From assembly GCA_003243425.1 (NCBI GenBank), contig QFQP01000014.1, positions 32,110 through 96,109 on the forward strand: a stretch of DNA of 64,000 bases, read 5' to 3'. The number at the start of each line of letters is the position of its first letter. The first letter of the stretch is position 1. Made by a program: the position numbers and the translations under genes. The DNA is from Archangium gephyra. Lineage in GTDB: Bacteria > Myxococcota > Myxococcia > Myxococcales > Myxococcaceae. Below the pieces are notes generated by a model. That model saw only the letters and a program-made list of their open reading frames with translations. It ran no database searches and had not been told where the DNA came from. This document shows positions 36,839-49,321 of the stretch, piece by piece.

Positions 36839-37711
36839 ATGACTGCCATTTCCTCCGTTCGTTCCGCTTCGCTCGCCGCCACTGGTTCGTCACCCACGCT
36901 CAAGCAGGGTTCGAGTGGCAATTCCGTTCGCGACTTGCAGAACGCGCTGCGTGCGGCCGGTCACGACATCTCGGTCGACGGTCAGTTCGGGCCGCAGACC
37001 AAAGCCGCTGTCATTGCGTTCCAGCGTGCGCGCGGGCTCACGGTCGACGGCATCGTCGGTCCGCAGACCTGGGGTGCGCTGCGTGCGGCTCCGGGGCCGA
37101 CGTTGAAGCAGGGCGCGACGGGCGCCGCGGTTCGTGACCTGCAGAGCAAGCTCGTCGCGAAGGGCCTCGGCATCGCGGTCGACGGCGTGTTCGGCCCGCA
37201 GACCCGCAACGCAGTCATCGCGTTTCAGCGCGCGAACGGTCTGACGGTCGACGGCATCGTCGGCCCGCAGACGTGGGGTCGTTTGAATTCAGGCGGCTCC
37301 GGCCCGGTGAACAACGGCGGCGGAGTCACCGGCAAGCCGTCGCTCGCCGACGCCGCCCGCAACGTGGCGCTGAGCATGGGCGGTTACAACTCGCAGGGCC
37401 TGTGCGCGACCGGTGTGAGCCGCGCGATTCGTCAGATCTACGGCTTCACGGTCTGGGGCAACGGCAACGACATCGACAACAACCTGCCGCGCGACAAGTT
37501 CAAGCAGGTGAACATCTCGTTGGCCGAAGCGCTGAAGATCCCCGGTCTCATCCTCACCTGGGAAAAGACGTCGACGCGCGCTGGCAGCATCTACGGCCAC
37601 ACCGCCATCACGCTCGGCGACGGCCGCAGCTCGGCCTCTGACTTCATCGAGGGCAACACGCTCGCGGCCGAAGGCGGCCGCCAGGGCCTCAAGATCTTCA
37701 TGCCCATCTGA
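36839..37711 (+). CDS. protein with two PG_binding_1 repeats and a C-terminal Cys/His papain-like (CHAP/NlpC-like) domain
   Basis: 290 aa. It has two copies of VRDLQ..L...G....VDG.FGPQT..AVIAFQRA.GLTVDGIVGPQTWG. The C-terminal region has candidate catalytic residues in QGLCATGV and IYGHTAITLGDG. No obvious Sec signal peptide is present. Confidence 0.75.
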   Translation: MTAISSVRSASLAATGSSPTLKQGSSGNSVRDLQNALRAAGHDISVDGQFGPQTKAAVIAFQRARGLTVDGIVGPQTWGALRAAPGPTLKQGATGAAVRDLQSKLVAKGLGIAVDGVFGPQTRNAVIAFQRANGLTVDGIVGPQTWGRLNSGGSGPVNNGGGVTGKPSLADAARNVALSMGGYNSQGLCATGVSRAIRQIYGFTVWGNGNDIDNNLPRDKFKQVNISLAEALKIPGLILTWEKTSTRAGSIYGHTAITLGDGRSSASDFIEGNTLAAEGGRQGLKIFMPI

Positions 37712-37758
37712 TGAAAGGTCGTTTGGTGTAGGTGTCGCGCGCTCGCCGAGCGACATTT

Positions 37759-37946
37759 TGCAGTCGCCGATCGACTTCCTGCAGTCGCCGATCGCCTTCC
37801 TGCGGTCGCCGATGGCCTTCCCGCAGTCGCCGACTGACTGCCGACGGTTTCCGATTGCCTGTCGGCAGTCGCCGAGGCGCTTCCGGCAGTGGCCGACTCA
37901 CAGCGGACGGTTGCCGATCGCCTTCCGACGTTTGCCGAGGGCTTAC
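37759..37946. repeat. tandem array of about nine degenerate 20-22-bp units (consensus near TGCAGTCGCCGATCGCCTTCC)
   Basis: Units start at 37759, 37780, 37801, 37822, 37843, 37864, 37885, 37905 and 37927. The first three are near-identical and later ones are progressively diverged. The array fills the spacer between two convergent genes, and its last unit overlaps the stop codon of the desaturase gene. Confidence 0.85.
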
Positions 37947-38737
37947 TTCTGCGTGACGGCTTCGGCGGGCTTCTCGGCGAGCGGCGCGATCTTCAACGCG
38001 GCTTCGAGGCCGATGTCGTCCTTGCGCGGAATCACGCCGGTGACCGCGGTGATGAGCCGCTCGAGGTTCCGGTAGAAGCCGATCTTCGCCAGCGGCCAGT
38101 TCGTCCACCCGGTGGTGATTGAGTAGTACGTGTCGAACGGCTTGGTGTGATGCGTGCGGTGGTGATCGGGCGGCAGCACGAGGTGCAGCTTCTGAAGCAC
38201 CTTGAGCCAGCTCGGCGCCTTGTCGGCATCGAGGTGCGACCACTTGTGAATCTGGTTGGTCATCATCACCCAGAAGATCATCGAGCCGATGCTCACCAGC
38301 GCGAACAGCGCGGGAGCCACCCAGCCTTCGATGGTCAGCGGAATGAACAACGCGCCCGCGGCCACCGGCACGGCGACCATGCAGTTGGCGCCGTTGGTCT
38401 CGATGTAGTCGTGACGCGTGATGGCCTTCTCGTCGACATGGTGTTCACGGAACGGGCGAATGAGCGCGGCGCCGAGAATCGGCATGTCGGTCGAACCCCA
38501 CGTGTCGCCCAGCCAGTGAACGAAGCCGCCAACGAAGTCGGCCATGATGAAGCCGGTGCACGCCGCCGCGACGATCACCCACGGGTAGGTCGACGCGAAG
38601 GCCGAAGCCTTGACCGCGATCGCCACTGACAACGCCCAGAACGAGATGATGGAAAGCACCTCCACCACGCGGAACGACTTCGAGTAGCCGGCAGCGAGCT
38701 TCTGCGCGTCCTGCTGTTTGATGTCGAGCTGGCTCAT
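37943..38737 (-). CDS. CarF/TMEM189 (Kua-domain) family membrane desaturase, plasmanylethanolamine-desaturase-like
   Basis: 264 aa with several TM helices. His clusters are FVHWLGDTWG, FREHHVDEKAITRHD, IHKWSH and PDHHRTHH, as in the TMEM189/CarF family. Confidence 0.8.
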   Translation of the reverse strand: MSQLDIKQQDAQKLAAGYSKSFRVVEVLSIISFWALSVAIAVKASAFASTYPWVIVAAACTGFIMADFVGGFVHWLGDTWGSTDMPILGAALIRPFREHHVDEKAITRHDYIETNGANCMVAVPVAAGALFIPLTIEGWVAPALFALVSIGSMIFWVMMTNQIHKWSHLDADKAPSWLKVLQKLHLVLPPDHHRTHHTKPFDTYYSITTGWTNWPLAKIGFYRNLERLITAVTGVIPRKDDIGLEAALKIAPLAEKPAEAVTQK

Positions 38738-38803
38738 GAACGTCTCCCCGGTGAGTGACTACGAATCGCACGATGCGCGCGGATTGTCACCCCGCGGTCA
38801 CCT

Positions 38804-39484
38804 TCAGAACTTCTCGTAGTCAGACTTCTTCTTCACCTTCTTGACGGGGTTGGTGAGCTTGCCGTCTTTGAACAATTCGACGCGGCCCGCCGCAGGGCTG
38901 GCGAGCCCCTTCGCGATGCCGACGAGCGGCTTGCTGTCGGGCGGGTGGTAGATGGCCCGCAGCTGCTTGCCCGCAGGGAGTGCGCCCAGGTTGGCGTCGA
39001 TGAGCAGGTAGAGCGAGGTGTCACTCGAGAGCACGCGCTCTGAATCAGCGATGGGGTCGAGCTCGGCCAGCATCTTTCCCTCTTCCACGCTCGTCGCCTC
39101 TTCCGAGTAGCTCGACACCTTCACCCGCAACGCCGGCCTGGAAGCGCCTTCGCGCATCACCTTGATGCCCTGAATGATGAGCACGAGATCCGTGCCGGTC
39201 TCGGCGGCCTTCGCATCGGCGAGCTTGAGACCGGTCGACTTGTTGTTGTCGGTGTCGAGGAACAGCGTGGTGTTCGCGCAGCGGTTCCTGCACTCCTCGC
39301 CCCAGGGAACTTTGTCGAACTCGAGCTTGAGCGCGTAGTCGGTGCCCTGCGGGCTGACGACGATCGAGGTGAGCACCGGGCGATCGTCTTCACCGGAAGA
39401 AGCAGGTTTGTAGGAGATGGTCGGCTTCTCAGCGAAAGCGACGCTGGAGATGGCGAGCAGGGCAGCGAAAATACGGCGCGACAT
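38804..39484 (-). CDS. secreted protein of unknown function
   Basis: 226 aa. It has signal peptide MSRRIFAALLAISSVAFA and a Lys-rich C-terminus. I recognise no domain. Confidence 0.65.
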   Translation of the reverse strand: MSRRIFAALLAISSVAFAEKPTISYKPASSGEDDRPVLTSIVVSPQGTDYALKLEFDKVPWGEECRNRCANTTLFLDTDNNKSTGLKLADAKAAETGTDLVLIIQGIKVMREGASRPALRVKVSSYSEEATSVEEGKMLAELDPIADSERVLSSDTSLYLLIDANLGALPAGKQLRAIYHPPDSKPLVGIAKGLASPAAGRVELFKDGKLTNPVKKVKKKSDYEKF

Positions 39485-40159
39485 ATGACAGGTACGAAAC
39501 CAGAGACGCTTTTCGTTCGCCAGCTACAGCTCGGGTCGATGAAGAACTTCGTCTACCTGTTCGGGGCACCGCACGGTGACGAAGCGGTGGTCGTCGATCC
39601 CGCGTGGGACGTGCCGGCGATCTTCGAAGCGCTCGCTTCGGCGAACCGCCAGCTCGTCGGCGTGTTCCTCACGCACCACCATCACGACCACATCAACGGC
39701 GTACCTGAAGTGCTCGCGCGTCGTGACGTGCCGGTGTTCGTGCAGTCGGCCGAAGCGGAGTTCGGTGCTGACCCGTTGAAGCCGTTCGCCGATGCGTTGC
39801 GTGTGGTGTCGCCGAGCGAGCGCGTGAAGATCGCCGGCGCTGAGATTTCTTGTCTGCACACGCCGGGTCACACGCCGGGCTCCCAATGCTTGTCGTGCGG
39901 CGGGGCGGTCTTCACCGGAGACACGCTCTTCGTGAACGCCTGCGGCCGCTGCGACTTTCAAGGCGGAGATGCGAGGCAGATGCACGACTCGTTGTTCAAC
40001 GTGCTGGGCGCGCTCGACGGCTCGACCACCGTGTACGCAGGTCACGACTACGGCGACGTGAAGGTCTCTTCTCTCGAACGCGAACGATCGCAGAACCCGT
40101 ACTTTCAACTCCGTGACGTGAACGACTTCGTGCGCTTCCGCATGAGGCCGCGCACGTGA
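39485..40159 (+). CDS. MBL-fold metallo-hydrolase (glyoxalase II-like)
   Basis: 224 aa. It has the metal motif THHHHDHINGV and downstream TPGHTPGS and GHDY. Confidence 0.88.
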   Translation: MTGTKPETLFVRQLQLGSMKNFVYLFGAPHGDEAVVVDPAWDVPAIFEALASANRQLVGVFLTHHHHDHINGVPEVLARRDVPVFVQSAEAEFGADPLKPFADALRVVSPSERVKIAGAEISCLHTPGHTPGSQCLSCGGAVFTGDTLFVNACGRCDFQGGDARQMHDSLFNVLGALDGSTTVYAGHDYGDVKVSSLERERSQNPYFQLRDVNDFVRFRMRPRT

Positions 40160-41361
40160 GGGTCGCGTTGCTCGTCTTCTTCTCGGGCTGCATCGCGCAC
40201 CAGCCGGTGAAGCCCTTGCCTCCGGACTTTCACTGGGGCGTCGCCACGTCGGGCTACCAGTGCGAAGGCTCGGCGCCCGACAGCAACTGGACGCGCTACG
40301 TGACGCGCGAAGGAAGTCAGTACGAGCCGTATCGCCAGAGCGTCGACTTCTACCGCCGCTACCGTGACGACGTCGCGCTGGCCGCCGACATGGGGCTCAA
40401 CACGTTCCGCTTCTCGGTCGAATGGGCACGCGTGATGCCCAGGCGCGGTGAAGTGAACGAAGACGCGCTGAAGATGTACGACGCGCTCTTCGACGCCACC
40501 GCCGAGAAGAAGATGACGCCGATGGTGACGTTGCTGCACTTCGTGGTGCCCGGTTGGGTGCTCGACGAAGGTGGCCTCACCAACGACGCCATCGTCGACG
40601 CGTATTCAGAGTTCGTGAAGCTGATCGTCAGGCGCTACCGGGGCCGCGGCGTGATGTGGATCACCATCAACCAGCCTTCGTACTTCCTGACGCTCGAGCA
40701 TCGGCGCGGTCGCTGGCCGCTCACCGAAGTCACCCGCGCGAAGAATCGGCTCGTCGCGATGCACCGCAATGCGTACGCGTTGATTCACTCCATCGACGCA
40801 GGTTCGCCGGTGTCGGTGAACGTGGTGTGGGAACCGGCGCCCGCGAGCTGGGTCGACGACTGGGTATTTCCGCGTGTCGTGGACCGCATCGACTTCATCG
40901 CCATCGACTACTACTACTCGCTGACCCCGACGGACTTCTCGGCGCGGCACGCGACGACCGGCGAGTTCTGGCGAATCGACTTTCACCCCGAAGCGATGCT
41001 GCTCGCGATTCGTGACTACCACCGGCGCGCGCCGAAGCTGCCGGTGTACGTCGTCGAGAACGGCATGGCGCGCGAGAACGGGAAGCCGCGCGAAGACGGC
41101 TACACGCGCAGCCAGCACCTGGCGGACCACGTCTACTGGGTGCAGCGCGCACGCGACGAAGGCATCGACGTCATCGGGTACAACTACTGGTCGATCACCG
41201 ACAACTACGAGTGGGGCAATTACCGGAATCGCTTCGGGCTCTACACGGTCGATGTCGCCAGCGACGAGACGCTGACCCGCAGACCCACCGACGCGGTCGA
41301 GACGCTGCGCACGCTCGTGAAGCAGGGCGGGGTGACCGCCGACTACAAACCGGTGAAATGA
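40156..41361 (+). CDS. GH1-family glycosidase lipoprotein with atypical acid/base position
   Basis: 401 aa with a GTG start overlapping the upstream stop (GTGA). It has lipobox FFSGC, the GH1 N-terminal signature FHWGVATSGYQCEG and the nucleophile motif YVVENG. The NEP acid/base motif reads INQP. Confidence 0.85.
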   Translation: MRVALLVFFSGCIAHQPVKPLPPDFHWGVATSGYQCEGSAPDSNWTRYVTREGSQYEPYRQSVDFYRRYRDDVALAADMGLNTFRFSVEWARVMPRRGEVNEDALKMYDALFDATAEKKMTPMVTLLHFVVPGWVLDEGGLTNDAIVDAYSEFVKLIVRRYRGRGVMWITINQPSYFLTLEHRRGRWPLTEVTRAKNRLVAMHRNAYALIHSIDAGSPVSVNVVWEPAPASWVDDWVFPRVVDRIDFIAIDYYYSLTPTDFSARHATTGEFWRIDFHPEAMLLAIRDYHRRAPKLPVYVVENGMARENGKPREDGYTRSQHLADHVYWVQRARDEGIDVIGYNYWSITDNYEWGNYRNRFGLYTVDVASDETLTRRPTDAVETLRTLVKQGGVTADYKPVK

Positions 41362-41387
41362 ACTTCGGCCCTGTCGTGCGACGGCCC

Positions 41388-41421
41388 GACGGCGTGCCGT
41401 TCATGTGAGCGGCACACCGTC
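41388..41421. terminator. hairpin between convergent GH1 and katG genes
   Basis: GACGGCGTGCCG / CGGCACACCGTC arms pair with one mismatch around a roughly 10-nt loop. There is no clear T-tract. Confidence 0.35.
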
Positions 41422-41435
41422 GAGGCCATTGCAGT

Positions 41436-43679
<2,244 letters not shown>

Positions 43680-43687
43680 TTAGACGC

Positions 43688-47152
<3,465 letters not shown>

Positions 47153-47224
47153 GTCCTCGATTTTGCGTGAGGCGTCGTTGTGAAGCTCACGAAAATCAAT
47201 GTTTGACTTGATTTAATTAAGTTC

Positions 47225-47620
47225 ATGACGAGATCCTCGCAGTCGATGACACGAGCTCTGCCAAGCCGCTGCCCGCTCTGCGAAGGCCGCGTTCACGTCG
47301 AGAAGATCCGCTGCGAAGCGTGCCTTTGCGCGGTCGAAGGCCAGTTCGGGCTCGACTGGTTGGGCAACCTCTCTCCGGATCAGCTCTCGTTCGTGAAGGT
47401 GTTCCTGGTCTCGCGCGGGAAGATCAAAGACGTCGAGCAGGCGCTCGGCATCTCGTACCCGACGGTGGTCTCGCGGTTGGAAGACGTGGTGGCGGCGCTG
47501 GGCGCGTCACGCGCTTCGGAACCAGCGCCTGCTGCCCATTCGCTCGACGTGCTCGAGGAACTCGCGAGTGGAGACATCGACGTCAACGAAGCCGAACGCC
47601 GTCTACGCAAGAAGCGCTGA
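47225..47620 (+). CDS. DUF2089-like zinc-ribbon/HTH protein
   Basis: 131 aa. CPLCEGRVHVEKIRCEAC is a zinc ribbon, followed by FLVSRGKIKDVEQALGISYPTVVSRL as an HTH. Confidence 0.7.
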   Translation: MTRSSQSMTRALPSRCPLCEGRVHVEKIRCEACLCAVEGQFGLDWLGNLSPDQLSFVKVFLVSRGKIKDVEQALGISYPTVVSRLEDVVAALGASRASEPAPAAHSLDVLEELASGDIDVNEAERRLRKKR

Positions 47621-47632
47621 AAGGGAGCCCGC

Positions 47633-48532
47633 ATGTCGTCGAGCAAACTGAACGTCATTCCCCTGGAGTTCGCTGAACGTCCCTCTCTCGAGCTGCGCGC
47701 GACGGCCGAGCAGATTCACGTGGTGCCGGTGGAGCCGGGTGGCTCGCCGCGCATCGAAGTGGAGACGCGCCGAGGGGAAGCGCCGCGCATTCAGGTGGAG
47801 CGCAACGGCGAGACGCTGGTCGTGAAGTCCGACGCGGGCATGTCGCAGTGGATGTTCGGCTTCGTGCCCTTCAAGCGCATCACGATGTTCGTGCCGTCGA
47901 CCGTTCGCGCGCGCATCAAGCAGGACTTCGGGAACTTGAAGATCGAGCGGCTCGAAGGGTGTGACCTCGAGCTCTCCTCGAGCGCAGGGACGATTCTCCT
48001 CGAGCACATTCGGGGGCGCATGGCGGTGGCCGTCGATGCGGGCACCATCAAGGGCGAACACCTCGCGGGGACGTTCGACATTCGCACCGAGGCGGGGTCG
48101 GTGAAGCTGGGCATCGACGCGCTCGACGCCGGTGACCACCGCGTTCGCACCGAACTCGGCGCGGTGAAGCTGTACCTGGCGCCGGGGTTGTCGGTGAAGT
48201 TCGAGAGCAGCACGTCGCTGGGCAGCTCACGTATCAGCTACGACGACGCGACCGACGCGAAGTCGACGATGCACCTGTCGGCGGAGCTCGGTTCGATTCG
48301 CGTGAAGGAAGGCGACGCGTTCGTCGACGACAAGCACGGCGATTGGGTCGACTGGCGGAAGTTGTGGAAGGACGCGGTGACCGAAGTGAGCGCGGTCGTG
48401 AACGACGTGATGCCGAAGCCGCAGCCCACGCGCGTGCCCGATGAAGAGCTGCGCAAGGTGCTCGAGCTCGTGCAGGACGGGAAGATCTCCGCGTCCGACG
48501 CCGAGCGGCTCATTCGCGCGATGGGTCGCTGA
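47633..48532 (+). CDS. DUF4097-like beta-helical (putative adhesin) protein with SHOCT-like C-terminus
   Basis: 299 aa. It has repetitive G..I/V-type strands (GSVKLGIDA, GAVKLYLAP, GSIRVKEG) and the C-terminus LVQDGKISASDAERLIRAMG. Confidence 0.6.
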   Translation: MSSSKLNVIPLEFAERPSLELRATAEQIHVVPVEPGGSPRIEVETRRGEAPRIQVERNGETLVVKSDAGMSQWMFGFVPFKRITMFVPSTVRARIKQDFGNLKIERLEGCDLELSSSAGTILLEHIRGRMAVAVDAGTIKGEHLAGTFDIRTEAGSVKLGIDALDAGDHRVRTELGAVKLYLAPGLSVKFESSTSLGSSRISYDDATDAKSTMHLSAELGSIRVKEGDAFVDDKHGDWVDWRKLWKDAVTEVSAVVNDVMPKPQPTRVPDEELRKVLELVQDGKISASDAERLIRAMGR

Positions 48533-48592
48533 GGCGGGCGCGAAGCGCGCTCGAACTCGTCGAACTTGCCTCGTGCCAGGCGTTGAGGAGCG

Positions 48593-49102
48593 TCACGCGG
48601 ACTTCTTCTCGAGCTTCGTTACCCGCGCCTCAATGTGGTCGAGGCGGTCGCCGTGTCGCCCGGCAAGTGTGCCTACGAGCTTGCTGAGTCTCCTCAGGTC
48701 AGCGCGCGTCTCCTGAGCCCCGCGCGCCGTCGTGACTGCCAACTCGGCGAACCGCGTGGTGTCGGCGCTCAACTCGCCGACCTCTTTCGTGAACCGCGTC
48801 ACCTCTGCGCCCATCAGATTCACGTTGCCGGTGAGGTGATTCACGGTCGATGTGAGGTGATTCACCGTCGATGTGAGGTGATTCACGGTCGACGCGAGTT
48901 GATTCACGGTCACCGTCATCTCGTTCATCCGGATTTCGAACTGCGTCGCGCGCGTCTCGAGCGCGGTCGTTCGCGCCGCCATCTCCATCGCGACCCGGGC
49001 CATCTCGTCCAGGCGCTGCGCGTGGTGCGCAAATCCACGCTCCAACCGCTCCCCCGTGTTCATCAGCGCCAGCACCACGTCTTTCCCCGACACGCTCGCC
49101 AC
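48593..49102 (-). CDS. coiled-coil protein with tandem heptads VNHLTST
   Basis: The start was chosen at GTG 49102, with AAAAGGAGG 6 nt upstream. The track ORF's first 21 codons (to 49165) have low third-position G+C. There is heptad periodicity throughout. Confidence 0.6.
   Translation of the reverse strand: MASVSGKDVVLALMNTGERLERGFAHHAQRLDEMARVAMEMAARTTALETRATQFEIRMNEMTVTVNQLASTVNHLTSTVNHLTSTVNHLTGNVNLMGAEVTRFTKEVGELSADTTRFAELAVTTARGAQETRADLRRLSKLVGTLAGRHGDRLDHIEARVTKLEKKSA
48810..48914. repeat. about five tandem 21-nt units inside the coiled-coil gene
   Basis: GTGAGGTGATTCACGGTCGAT-type units start at 48831, 48852, 48873 and 48894, plus a partial unit upstream. They encode TVNQLAS/TVNHLTS heptads on the minus strand. 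Confidence 0.8.
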
Positions 49103-49183
49103 CGTCCGCCTCCTTTTTCGTGCGACCGCCTGTCTATTTCGGAGGGCTGACACGTTCCGGGGCATGGGCTCAATCTAACTCGC

Positions 49184-49212
49184 TTGACTTGCCGAAACCC
49201 GGCCCCTACCTT
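49184..49212 (+). promoter_or_regulatory. candidate sigma-70-type promoter for rho (TTGACT-17-TACCTT)
   Basis: TTGACT is at 49184-49189 and TACCTT at 49207-49212. It is followed by a C-rich leader of about 110 nt before the rho ATG. Confidence 0.3.
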
Positions 49213-49321
49213 GCCTCTCGCTGTCGCCGCGGGCGCGCTCAGAGTCGAGCCACCTGCAAGTTCTCCCCAGGCACTCCTCGCAGCCTTCAGTTCAGGCAGC
49301 CGCTGCGAACCCGATTCCCAC

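Noticed and set aside
37759-37946. CRISPR array
   Set aside because: The repeats are directly adjacent with no unique spacers, the units are only about 21 bp and degenerate, and no cas genes are present in the window.
37758-38075. 105-aa plus-strand ORF translating the 21-bp array into QSPIDFL-type heptads
   Set aside because: It needs a TTG start, runs antisense into the CarF-like gene, and the repeat decay pattern does not preserve one reading frame (unit lengths are 20, 21 and 22). It is treated as non-coding DNA.
37698-38243. 181-aa minus-strand ORF
   Set aside because: It overlaps the CarF-like gene in another frame, is Arg/Pro-rich, and continues through the tandem array.
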